This document shows, piece by piece, positions 1-8,994 of a stretch of 44,325 nucleotides of DNA (positions are counted from its first letter, which is position 1; each line of letters opens with the position of its first letter). The DNA lies in NCBI GenBank assembly GCA_043822925.1, contig JBDRBF010000034.1, positions 1 through 44,325 of the forward strand. Direction: 5' to 3'. The position numbers and the translations under genes are program-made. Below the pieces are notes generated by a model, which saw only the letters and a program-made list of their open reading frames with translations, ran no database searches and was not told where the DNA came from. The DNA is from a bacterium (GTDB lineage: Bacteria > Babelota > Babeliae > Babelales > RVW-14).

Positions 1-352
1 CTACAGCGTGATGATGTGAGACGAAATCGAGTATGTTTTATGTCCTCAGGCCTGTAGGGCCTGAATCTGGTGCGCAGCCTGGGCATAAGGCGATTTTTTA
101 TCGCCGCAGCCCCAGGCGTGTGAATGTTGGATGTTTCTGGAATGGGCGGTTTGAGAGGTACGTGTCCGGAGACCTAGGGCCGCGCATGCAGGGCATGCTC
201 GTGCCTAGGCTAAGGACGGGTTTCACGCCTACAGCGTGATGATGTGAGACGAAATCGAGTATGTTTTATGTCCTCAGGCCTGTAGGGCCTGAATCTGGTG
301 CGCAGCCTGGGCATAAGGCGATTTTTTATCGCCGCAGCCCCAGGTGTGTGAA
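1..352. repeat. GC-rich 228-bp-period repeat made of alternating inverted palindromic units (REP/BIME-like); truncated by window start
   Basis: 1-124 matches 229-352 with one mismatch. Unit A (46-116, 274-344) and unit B (173-239, partial 1-11) are diverged inverted copies, each with several hairpins. Confidence 0.85.
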
Positions 353-364
353 CGTGTGTATTAT

Positions 365-802
365 TTACGAAATAATCACAAATGCGATGGCGTGAGTTTT
401 TTCATGTGCGAGCGAAAGATTAATGCGAAGATCTGGTAGATATATGCCGGTTTTTTGTTTGAATGCTTCCCAATTGATAGAAATTTTGGGCACACCCCAG
501 AGGTCTTGAGTTACGGTAATTAGTGGGGCGATGGACAGAAACGAGAACGTGCGTTCTGTTTGTCCACGAGTAACTAATATTTGGCTTAATGCTTTAAAGA
601 AAGCTTCTTTTGCTGCAAAGCGTGCTGCCAGTTTTTCTGGAATATAGCGTGAGCCGTGCGATGTTTTGTTTGCGTCGATTGTCTTTAGGCTGGCTTCTAG
701 CTCTTGTTCAGAATAAATTTTGAGCAGTTGGGCTTCTGGATAGAGAGCCCAGCGTTCAAAACGTGAGATTTGTGTTATGTCTGTGCCTATACCGAGTATC
801 AT
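365..802 (-). CDS. acpS: Holo-[acyl-carrier-protein] synthase
   Basis: MILGIGTDI start, LAARFAAKEAFFKAL and LSLAHEK..AIAFV motifs. Confidence 0.93.
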   Translation of the reverse strand: MILGIGTDITQISRFERWALYPEAQLLKIYSEQELEASLKTIDANKTSHGSRYIPEKLAARFAAKEAFFKALSQILVTRGQTERTFSFLSIAPLITVTQDLWGVPKISINWEAFKQKTGIYLPDLRINLSLAHEKTHAIAFVIIS

Positions 803-805
803 AAA

Positions 806-2335
806 TTATTCTTCGAGTTTTTTATCTAAAGACCGGTACATGATCGCTTCTTGTATGTGTACGCGTTCAATATTTTCTTGGCCTTCTAGATCAGCTATGG
901 TGCGGGCGATTTTTAGGATTTTGTGGTAGCCTCGCATACTTAAGCCTAACCGGTCAAAAGCCAGAGCGATAGTTTTTTCAGCTTCTGATGTGAGTGGGCA
1001 ATATTGTTCGACGTGTTGGGCGGTCATGTGGGCATTTCTTAATGCGCCAAAACGTTTTTCTTGTGCTATAACAGCGTTTTCTACTTTGGCGAACAAGTTT
1101 TTTGAGCTCGTGTTTTTTGAAGAATCGTTTTTAATTTCTTCGTAGTTTACTGATGGTACGTTAATGTGCAGGTCGATTCGGTCAAGAAGTGGGCCGGAAA
1201 GTTTGGCTAGATAATTTTGTATTTGTTTCTCGGTGCAGGTGCATTTTGTTTTTTTGTCACCAAAAAAGCCACAAGGGCAGGGGTTAAGTGCGGCAACGAG
1301 TAAGAATTGTGATGGATACTCGATTGCGGTGAGTGCTCGCGAAATTAAGACTTTGTTATTTTCCAGTGGTTCGCGTAGAACTTCTAGTGTTGCGCGTCTA
1401 AATTCTGTGAGTTCGTCTAAAAAGAGTACGCCATTATGGGCCAAACTTATTTCGCCTGGGCGCGGGTTAGAGCCGCCGCCGACAAGGCCTGCTTGGGAAA
1501 TAGTATGGTGGGGGGCGCGAAATGGACGATTTACAATAAGCGAGTGCCCGCTTAATTGTCCGGCAATAGAATAAATTTTTGTGGTTTCGATAATTTCATC
1601 AAAAGACATATTGGGCAAAATTGTAGCAAGACGTTTGGCGAGCATGGTTTTGCCTGAGCCAGGGGCGCCGATAAACAAAATATTGTGCTGGCCTGCTGCT
1701 GCTATTTGGAGCGCGCGTTTGGCTTGGTCTTGGCCTTTGACCTGATTGAAGTCAAGATTGGAATTTGCGCAGGTTAGTTGTAGCGTATCGAATGAACAGG
1801 GAGCTGGGTTTATAGCGAGCTCACTGCGTAAATATGCTATTAGTTGCGTTAAAGACTGGACGCCGATGACGTCTATGTTTTTAATTAAACTTGCTTCTTG
1901 TATGTTCTCTATCGGCACGATTATACGTTTTTTGCCAGCTTTTAGAGCCCCGTGTGTTACAGATAGTACACCTGTTACTGATCGGATTGTGCCGTCCAGC
2001 GAGAGTTCGCCGAGAAAGAGTGTTTCTTGTACGAATTGTTCGGTAAGTTCGATTTGTTTGGCTGCTTGTAAAATTGCTACGGCGATGGGCACGTCAAAAA
2101 GTACGTCTTCTTTTTTGAGAGAAGCTGGGGCTAAATTTACGGTGATTAATTTTTCTGGGATTTTTATGCCGCTATTTTTAAACGCGGCGCGAATGCGGTC
2201 TCTGCTTTCTTTTATTGCTTTATCGGGTAGGCCAACGATAAAGAAATTGATCATGCCCCAGGAGAGATCGACTTCTACTTCGACTAGGTGGGCGGCGATG
2301 CCTATTGTTGTGGCTGAATAAATTTTTGCATGCAT
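806..2335 (-). CDS. comM: YifB/ComM family Mg-chelatase-like AAA+ ATPase
   Basis: IVGLPDKAIKESRDR, ITVNLAPA, GAPGSGKT Walker A, PFRAPHHT, PGEISLAHNGVLFLDE, NPCPCG, LSMRGYHKILKIARTIADL. Start moved to ATG 2335 (MHAKIYS), where family similarity begins. Confidence 0.93.
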   Translation of the reverse strand: MHAKIYSATTIGIAAHLVEVEVDLSWGMINFFIVGLPDKAIKESRDRIRAAFKNSGIKIPEKLITVNLAPASLKKEDVLFDVPIAVAILQAAKQIELTEQFVQETLFLGELSLDGTIRSVTGVLSVTHGALKAGKKRIIVPIENIQEASLIKNIDVIGVQSLTQLIAYLRSELAINPAPCSFDTLQLTCANSNLDFNQVKGQDQAKRALQIAAAGQHNILFIGAPGSGKTMLAKRLATILPNMSFDEIIETTKIYSIAGQLSGHSLIVNRPFRAPHHTISQAGLVGGGSNPRPGEISLAHNGVLFLDELTEFRRATLEVLREPLENNKVLISRALTAIEYPSQFLLVAALNPCPCGFFGDKKTKCTCTEKQIQNYLAKLSGPLLDRIDLHINVPSVNYEEIKNDSSKNTSSKNLFAKVENAVIAQEKRFGALRNAHMTAQHVEQYCPLTSEAEKTIALAFDRLGLSMRGYHKILKIARTIADLEGQENIERVHIQEAIMYRSLDKKLEE

Positions 2336-2473
2336 ATTAAACTTTTCAAATAAGAACAAAATGTCAAAAAACGCTGTAAAACACGAGAGAAATATTATAT
2401 AGCATGTTTTTATAATTTGAAAAGAATAAGTTGGGATGGGGGGGGCAGATTTTAGTTCAATATGAGCCAAGAT

Positions 2474-3193
2474 TTAAAAGCTTAAGTTCTCGTATATTTT
2501 GAGTAAATTGCGGCTTTCTTCAAAATCTTGGTTGCTTAGGTCGCCAAAACTTTTAATAAGATAGTTTTCGAGTTTTGGCCCGTACTGGTGGTCTTGGTGC
2601 ATTTCTTTGAGCGCGTTAATAATGTCGGTTTTCAGATAAGTGTCGAAGCCTTTACGAATAACGAGTGGTTGCATTGGGTATGGGCCCCAGGATTCTAATA
2701 TTTTAACGTCAGGAGCATGGGTTTTAATTTTACTTTGTTTATTGTGTAGGGCGAGTATGTGTGAATCTATTGCGTGAGTGTTAGTGTTTTGGGTGAGTAT
2801 GTTTTGGATCTGTGGGTTACAGGTTGCCCACATAGAGCTCTTGATGTTTGCAAATTGGTTAACGAGAGAATCTTTTGATATGACGTCGACGAAGTAAACG
2901 GGCTTGTTTTGGATGCGTGGGTCGTTAAAAATGGGGCCGATGGGTAATAGTTCTATTGGTGAGGGTGTTTTTTGTGAAAGCCAGAGATAGGGCTGAGTAT
3001 GAAAGTGCCCAATATCGACCTGATTAAGAGAGAATGGATCTTTTTTGGTTCTGTCTGGGCCGATATTTTGAGTTTCTGTTATGAGTTCTATGGTTATATT
3101 TAGTTTGTGGTCCAGGTAATTAATTATGTGTTGGTATAGTTCACGTGGGATATCTGGAGACAGATATGTTTTAAGCTTAAGCATGTATGACAT
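2474..3193 (-). CDS. PhnD/SsuA-like (phosphate/phosphonate-binding fold) protein, apparently shortened
   Basis: TYLSP..P.ELY, DPF, VDIG, P.F.DPR...KPVYF.DVI, AIDS and ESWGPYP.QPLV segments resemble PhnD-like binding proteins. No signal peptide visible. Confidence 0.6.
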   Translation of the reverse strand: MSYMLKLKTYLSPDIPRELYQHIINYLDHKLNITIELITETQNIGPDRTKKDPFSLNQVDIGHFHTQPYLWLSQKTPSPIELLPIGPIFNDPRIQNKPVYFVDVISKDSLVNQFANIKSSMWATCNPQIQNILTQNTNTHAIDSHILALHNKQSKIKTHAPDVKILESWGPYPMQPLVIRKGFDTYLKTDIINALKEMHQDHQYGPKLENYLIKSFGDLSNQDFEESRNLLKIYENLSF

Positions 3194-3322
3194 GGTCAGT
3201 CCCCCCTTTTTGTTAGAACGTTAATTAATTTTACCCCTGAGCAATCGCTCGATTTTGAATTTTTATCACGATTTTCTCCTCAGGCGTACTCGCCTGATAT
3301 TTATTTTAGCCTATGGTTTTAA

Positions 3323-5035
3323 CTATATTAATGTTGGTGTAATAAATATTAAAATTTGTTTGTCGATCATCATTTTTCTTTTGCCTTGGAATAAGAGCCC
3401 TATAACGGGAATCTCTTGTAACAGTGGTACTCCTGTTTTATTTATTTCTGATGTGTTTATCATAAGCCCACTTATCAGTGTTGTTTGGCCACTTTCTAGT
3501 ATTACGCGGTTTTGTGATCGAGACGTTTCTATGGTCCAGTTAAACGATGATTGTGCGGTTGCAGAGGTGCGTGTGCGGTTAAATGATGGTTGTTTTATGA
3601 TTGAGTTTTCTACGAAGATATCTAAAAATACGCGTTCTTGATCGGGCGATACGGTTGGTTTTACTTTAATTTGCATACCAATATCTTTATAGCTTATTGA
3701 GGTTATGTTGGTTGGCTGGCCTTCGACTGTTTCTTGCAATCTGATATCTTGGGGCATATTTTCACCGACCATAATTTGAGCTGTTTCATCGCTTTTAACG
3801 AGGAGCGATGGCTTGAGCATTGTTTTTATTTCGTTTCTATTTTCAGCTGCGTTAAGCATAAGATTCAGGCGGTGTGTTGTTATATCTTTGCGGCCAAATA
3901 TAAATGGGACTTTGATGGGCAGTGCTGAGCTGGCGGCTGATGGGAGCAGGTTTAGTGACCAGTTCATGAGGTCTTTAAAGCCGTCCCCGGCAGTTTTTTC
4001 TCCGATACCTGCGCCGGCTATGTTCCAGGATTTTCCCATGGTAGAACTTCTATCGTAGATACCGGACCACTGGATGCCGATGGTTTCTTCAAAGTCTTTT
4101 TGGGCGATGACGACGCGTGCGTCTATGCGTACTTGTGGTACTTTTATATCGATTTCTGATAGTATTTTTTTGAAGTCTTTTATTAAATCTTTGTCACCTT
4201 TGAAGAAGACTTTTTTGTTTTGGTCATCAAATGTGAGGTAGTTGCCGTTTTTTTCAGCTTGGTCACCTAAGATATCTTTCCAGAGTTTTTCTATTCTTTT
4301 TTTGAATTCTTGGTCCCATTTAGCATGGAAAATAGTAGCGACGTCCAGGGTGAAGTTTTTTTCACGCAGATCGAGGGCTTGTGATTCCAGAAGTTTAAGT
4401 GCTGTTGCTTTTGTGACAATGCGCCATAAGTCTGTTTCTTTTATTAATGCGAGTCTGGGTTTATTGTTATTGCATAAGATACTGAGAGCTTGAGCGAGCG
4501 TGATATTATCAAATTTAATAGTATCTATAGATCCTGATACTTGGGTGTCGATAATAAAATTAACGCCGGTAATTTTGCTGATTAAGTTAATTGCTTTTTT
4601 GATATCTACTTTTTTGAGTTCGAGTGATAGTTTTGGCTTTGTGAGTTCTTTGTTTTGATATTGTTCTTGTAATAATTGGGTTAGTTCTCGTGTTATATCT
4701 ATCCCAATTTTGTCAGTTCGTGAGTTTTTATTTTTTGCAGTTTTTTTTGTTTTATTATTGTTATTGTTTTTTTGTTTTTTGCTGAGTGCGTTTGAGACGA
4801 TGTTTTTAATGTTTTTGAGTGATTCTTGTTCTTTTGTTTGGTTTTGTTGTTTTATTAAGCTGGTAGTTGTTGGTGGGATGTCTTCTATGTGCTGTACGGT
4901 TGACCAGCTTGATGTTTTTCCTGGTTCTATATCTGGCGATATATTTGTGCAAAATAAATTCGGCGTATAAAGTGTTAATAATAAGAGTAAGCGCGCTTGT
5001 TGCGCGTAATAATTTATGAGTGTGCGTTTTTTCAT
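3323..5035 (-). CDS. pilQ: Type IV pilus/T2SS secretin (PilQ-like)
   Basis: IDIKVPQVRIDARVV, IGIQWSG, GMQIKVKPTV, GQTTLISGL, GVPLLQEIPVIGLLF, ILIFITPTLI secretin motifs; N-terminal signal-like segment. Confidence 0.88.
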   Translation of the reverse strand: MKKRTLINYYAQQARLLLLLTLYTPNLFCTNISPDIEPGKTSSWSTVQHIEDIPPTTTSLIKQQNQTKEQESLKNIKNIVSNALSKKQKNNNNNKTKKTAKNKNSRTDKIGIDITRELTQLLQEQYQNKELTKPKLSLELKKVDIKKAINLISKITGVNFIIDTQVSGSIDTIKFDNITLAQALSILCNNNKPRLALIKETDLWRIVTKATALKLLESQALDLREKNFTLDVATIFHAKWDQEFKKRIEKLWKDILGDQAEKNGNYLTFDDQNKKVFFKGDKDLIKDFKKILSEIDIKVPQVRIDARVVIAQKDFEETIGIQWSGIYDRSSTMGKSWNIAGAGIGEKTAGDGFKDLMNWSLNLLPSAASSALPIKVPFIFGRKDITTHRLNLMLNAAENRNEIKTMLKPSLLVKSDETAQIMVGENMPQDIRLQETVEGQPTNITSISYKDIGMQIKVKPTVSPDQERVFLDIFVENSIIKQPSFNRTRTSATAQSSFNWTIETSRSQNRVILESGQTTLISGLMINTSEINKTGVPLLQEIPVIGLLFQGKRKMMIDKQILIFITPTLI

Positions 5036-5059
5036 ATTTTTTTACCTACCTATTTTTTT

Positions 5060-5120
5060 GTCATTCCGGATATGCTTCGACGGGCTCAGCATGAGCGTTC
5101 ACTCTGAGTTTGTCGAAGGG
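5060..5120. repeat. Palindromic element (cttcgac-gggctcag...ctgagttt-gtcgaag), possible terminator-like hairpin
   Basis: Long stem 5075-5118; its right arm 5097-5120 is 20/24 identical to the interrupted copy at 39427-39483. Confidence 0.75.
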
Positions 5121-5499
5121 TTTGGTCTTTTCCACCAAGATTCAAAGATATGTGCTCGTGTGAATTTTTATGTATTAATGAAAGTTTGTTTTTACTGATT
5201 TTTTGGACAGTGTAATTATTAATTGTGTCGCCTATAAAAATTATTTTTTGTTTTTTTTTATTTTCTATTATTGCGCCTAGCTTGTTATTACTTGCTATAG
5301 TGCCTATTAGTTTTAGGTTTTTTAATGGGCTTGCGTGGCTGATTTTTGTTGGCAAAAAAAATGGATCACGTGATGGCGTTATTTTATACAAATCTTGTGT
5401 TGTTACTGGTGTTATTGTTTTTACTGTAGTTATTGTCGTTGCAATTGCGAGCATTATCATATATGTGTGTGCGAGCAGTGTGTGTTTATGTGTGTTCAT
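5086..5499 (-). CDS. PilP-like pilus assembly protein
   Basis: RDPF motif and LKLIGTI...GAII...IFIGDTI beta domain; lies directly upstream of the secretin. Confidence 0.65.
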   Translation of the reverse strand: MNTHKHTLLAHTYMIMLAIATTITTVKTITPVTTQDLYKITPSRDPFFLPTKISHASPLKNLKLIGTIASNNKLGAIIENKKKQKIIFIGDTINNYTVQKISKNKLSLIHKNSHEHISLNLGGKDQTLRQTQSERSC

Positions 5500-6068
5500 A
5501 ATGCACCCGGCGCAAGGTTTATTAAGCGAATTGCGGCATTCATAACAAGCGTATTATTTTTTGTGTGCGTAAATTCATATTTTTTGAACTTTATGCAGGA
5601 GTTTTGTTTTTTGAGCGCTGAAAAAAAAGAGATAAAATTTTCAAAGTTGCCTGTAATGCGTAGAGACAAGTATTCTTTATCAAATAATGTTCTTTTTTTG
5701 TGAGATAGTTTTTGTATGTTTTTGCACGCTAAATTGCTTGTTTTGATAGCGTTAAGTAACTTATCAAGAGAGGTTGTTTGTTGTGTGGTGTTGGTTATAA
5801 GCTTTTTGAATTCGGAGTTAGTAAAATCTCTTTTTTGAAGGATTTCGTTAAAATGTTTGATTGCGCTGGTAAATATGATGCGTTGTTGGGCGAGATTGGC
5901 ATGTGAGCATAGGTTTTGTGTTGTTTTGATATTAAGTGGAGCTTGAGCGAGAAAGAACCAGCTTAGCGTGATTAGAGTGAGAAAAACAAAAGAACAGAGG
6001 AGCCGCACGTTTGATGCGATTTGTCGAGCAAATGAAATTGGTCGTGGATCGTGTAACCAAAATGGCAT
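5496..6068 (-). CDS. PilO-like pilus assembly protein
   Basis: N-terminal TM helix, coiled segment, LRITGNFENFISFF motif; ATGA overlap with the pilP-like gene. Confidence 0.6.
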   Translation of the reverse strand: MPFWLHDPRPISFARQIASNVRLLCSFVFLTLITLSWFFLAQAPLNIKTTQNLCSHANLAQQRIIFTSAIKHFNEILQKRDFTNSEFKKLITNTTQQTTSLDKLLNAIKTSNLACKNIQKLSHKKRTLFDKEYLSLRITGNFENFISFFSALKKQNSCIKFKKYEFTHTKNNTLVMNAAIRLINLAPGAL

Positions 6069-6161
6069 AAAAATGTGCCTAACAGTACTCGGGGTTAAGT
6101 ATTTTTTTATAAGCTCTTTAATAAAAAAATACTTTATTGGAGCGAGTAAAGTAAATACTTT

Positions 6162-6812
6162 TTAGGATCCGGATATTTGTTTGAAAATAGTAATGAATGA
6201 ATTACCTAAAAGATACGAGCCAACGCTCATAAAGAGAATGCTGGTAACAAGTGACAAAAATGCAAGCCGTTTGGTGCTGATAGCGCTGCCAACATGGGAG
6301 GCTAGCCAGGCAATTGACCCAAGAACAAGTAGTGAGCCTCCTGAAACGGCCAAGCTGCCGATAATAATATCTTGTATTGGTGGACTGGGGGCGCCCTCAG
6401 GAAGTATTTGGATGCTAATAAACATAAAAAATAGGGCGACCAGGGGGTTGAAAATGGTCAAAACAAACGTTTTTGCGGTAGTTGCAAAAGAAGAAGTGTT
6501 GGAGACATATGATAGTTGTGTGCCTTTTAAGTAACGTCTAAGCGATATGGCGCCGAGTAAGACTAAAATTAAGCCTCCGAGCATATTAATAATTAATGAG
6601 AAATGCTTTGAGTTTTCTAGGAGTGTAAGGGCTCCAAGAAGGCCAAGAGAAAAGAATACCCCGTCGGCTAAAGCAGCACCCAGAGCGCTAGCAAAGCCTC
6701 TGCCGAACCCATAAAGGGCTCCCCGAGTGAACGTGAGTATAAATATGGGACCAACAGTTGATGAAGCTGAGATCCCGATGAGAAAACACTTGATTAAAAA
6801 CCAAAAATCCAT
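6162..6812 (-). CDS. LysE family translocator
   Basis: GP...L...G...GFGRGFASALGAALADG and LTIFNP motifs; about 6 TM helices. Confidence 0.85.
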   Translation of the reverse strand: MDFWFLIKCFLIGISASSTVGPIFILTFTRGALYGFGRGFASALGAALADGVFFSLGLLGALTLLENSKHFSLIINMLGGLILVLLGAISLRRYLKGTQLSYVSNTSSFATTAKTFVLTIFNPLVALFFMFISIQILPEGAPSPPIQDIIIGSLAVSGGSLLVLGSIAWLASHVGSAISTKRLAFLSLVTSILFMSVGSYLLGNSFITIFKQISGS

Positions 6813-6937
6813 GTTTGACCTTTGTATTAAGCAAGAAATACTTTATATTATTGTATCATAGTATGGCTAAAATATAAAAATTATTAAATATTCGGGTCCG
6901 GAACGATATCTGGACTATATATGAAAGTATTCGTGTT

Positions 6938-8272
6938 ATGAAAAAATTGCCTATAGCTTTTGGTACAAATGGGATCCGTGGAAATGCAGATGTATACCCG
7001 TTTACAGATGTTGCTTTATATGAGATTGGTGTTGCAATTGCAACGTGGGCATGTAAAAAATATGGTCGTCCAAAGATGTTAATCGGGCGGGATCCCCGTA
7101 TCTCTGGGCCTCGAATTCAGCGGGCATTAATAAATGGGCTTCATACACGTCCGGTTACTATTGTTGATGCGGGTGTAATTCCAACTCCTGGGATTTGTCA
7201 ATTAATTGGGGCTCATCCTGGATATGATTGCGGTATTATGATCTCAGCATCGCATAATAAGTTTGCTGATAATGGTATTAAAATTTTCGATGCCAAGCGT
7301 GGTGTGCTAAGTGAGCAGGACGAGCAAGAAATCGTCGATTTATATTATGAGCTTGAATCCCAAGTTGGCAATACGGGAAAACATGATGCATTTGCTGTGA
7401 TTGAGTGGGCAACGGCTGCTCAAAAGTATCAAGAAGCAATTGCTCAGTTTTTTCCTCAAAATTTTCTAAAAAATAAAAAAATAGTTCTTGATTGTGCTCA
7501 TGGCGCAACTGCTCATATAGCTCCAGAACTTTTTAGACGTTTTGGCGCTCAGGTTATTGCGTTAGGTGTAAGTCCTGATGGTACAAATATAAATGATAAT
7601 TGTGGCTCGCAGCACACGCAAAATTTACAAAAAGAGGTACTTGCTCAATCTGCTGATGCAGGATTTGCATTTGATGGTGATGGAGACCGGATTGTTGCTG
7701 TCGATAAATATGGTCAACTCAAAGAAGGTGACGACATCGTTGCATTGCTTTTGCAACTTCCGGAATATGACGATACCCAAACGGTTGTTGGCACGGTCAT
7801 GACTAATTTTGGTTTTGAGCTTGCACTTAAAAACCAGGGAAGAAGCCTGATTCGTACAGATGTTGGTGACAAGTATGTTGCTGCTGCGCTTGAAGAGCGT
7901 CAGTTGCCAATTGGTGGCGAGCTTTCTGGTCATGTTATTGTGCGAGATTATTTAAATAGCAGCGACGGTCTTTTTGTGGCTCTTAAAGTGCTTGAAGCGA
8001 TGTCTGCTCGACTTAATTGGGATATGCAAACATTTATTAAAGTGCCACAAGTACTTATTAGCGTTCCAGTTTCTTGTAAAAAAGATTTATTGAGTGAGCC
8101 GTATGCGAGTCTTATAGCTGCGCATGAAAAGCTTTTAAAAAATGGACGCATTTTAGTGCGATATTCTGGAACTGAAAATGTTTTACGTGTGATGACTGAA
8201 GATATTGAGTCAGAAAGTGCACGCCTTGTTGCACAAGGGCTAGCTCAAAAACTGCAAGATGTTTTAAAATAA
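6938..8272 (+). CDS. glmM: Phosphoglucosamine mutase
   Basis: FGTNGIRG, GRDPRISG, ISASHN, FDGDGDR, VGDKYV, GGELSGH, LVRYSGTE. Confidence 0.92.
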   Translation: MKKLPIAFGTNGIRGNADVYPFTDVALYEIGVAIATWACKKYGRPKMLIGRDPRISGPRIQRALINGLHTRPVTIVDAGVIPTPGICQLIGAHPGYDCGIMISASHNKFADNGIKIFDAKRGVLSEQDEQEIVDLYYELESQVGNTGKHDAFAVIEWATAAQKYQEAIAQFFPQNFLKNKKIVLDCAHGATAHIAPELFRRFGAQVIALGVSPDGTNINDNCGSQHTQNLQKEVLAQSADAGFAFDGDGDRIVAVDKYGQLKEGDDIVALLLQLPEYDDTQTVVGTVMTNFGFELALKNQGRSLIRTDVGDKYVAAALEERQLPIGGELSGHVIVRDYLNSSDGLFVALKVLEAMSARLNWDMQTFIKVPQVLISVPVSCKKDLLSEPYASLIAAHEKLLKNGRILVRYSGTENVLRVMTEDIESESARLVAQGLAQKLQDVLK

Positions 8273-8286
8273 AGGGAGACGGTATT

Positions 8287-8988
8287 ATGTCAAAGTTGTC
8301 AAAAAAGATATTTTCTTTTTTGAAGGCGCTGTTTCTAAATGGCTTCTTCTTTGTGTTGCCCATAGCATTTTCGCTTTTTTTTGTGAGCTTTTCGTATAAT
8401 TTTATTGGTAGATTGCTTTCGCCGTTACGTAAAATGGAGCCTCTCTTTTTACGTGAAATTCCGGGATCTGAATTTATAGTTGCAACGGTTTTGATTATAG
8501 TTCTGGGTTTTATTGTAAAAGCTTTTCTTGCTCGAGTACTTATTCATTATTTTGAACAGTTAGTTGCTAAGATACCATTGATCCGAATTGTTTATTCTTC
8601 AACTAAAACAGTTGTTGATTTTTTTAAGCTTCCTGAAAAAATGCCAAAATCTCATCAAGTTGTGCTTATACATTATCCACGTAAAGAGTATTATCATTTG
8701 GCGTTTTTGCTTGATTCTGATGATAAAGATTATGTATCGCTTATCCCTGAAAGTGAAAAAGCTTGTCCTGATGCTAAATATTGCAAAGTGTTTATGCCGC
8801 ATTCTCCTAATCCAACAACAGGATACTTTTTTATATTGCCTGAAAGTGAAGTAATTTATACAGATATATCTTTTGAAGAAGCTATTAAAACGCTGGTTTC
8901 CTGTGGTTTGATTACGCCGGAGTCTTTATTGCTTAAATCAAGCTTGCTTAAATTGAGTCGGTCTGAAGAGAAAGGCGAGCAAAAGTAA
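8287..8988 (+). CDS. DUF502 family membrane protein
   Basis: Two N-terminal TM helices, KIPLIRIVYS, VFMPHSPNPTTGY, SFEEAIKTLVSCG. Confidence 0.88.
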   Translation: MSKLSKKIFSFLKALFLNGFFFVLPIAFSLFFVSFSYNFIGRLLSPLRKMEPLFLREIPGSEFIVATVLIIVLGFIVKAFLARVLIHYFEQLVAKIPLIRIVYSSTKTVVDFFKLPEKMPKSHQVVLIHYPRKEYYHLAFLLDSDDKDYVSLIPESEKACPDAKYCKVFMPHSPNPTTGYFFILPESEVIYTDISFEEAIKTLVSCGLITPESLLLKSSLLKLSRSEEKGEQK

Positions 8989-8994
8989 TAATAC

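Noticed and set aside
33-239. 68-aa ORF
   Set aside because: Lies entirely within the palindromic repeat; likely a by-product of its high GC content
1-352. CRISPR array
   Set aside because: The 124-bp repeated block includes the would-be spacer, there are no short repeats with unique spacers, and no cas genes are present
2336-2470. 45-aa N-terminal extension of ComM
   Set aside because: TTG-start extension through AT-rich intergenic DNA; family similarity starts at ATG 2335
1233-5703. Many plus-strand ORFs antisense to comM, pilQ and the pilP-like gene (similar shadows occur across the window, e.g. 42181-42816)
   Set aside because: Shadow ORFs of well-supported genes with no motifs
6895-6916. 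Small hairpin upstream of glmM as a riboswitch
   Set aside because: Too short, and no recognisable riboswitch or glmS ribozyme consensus
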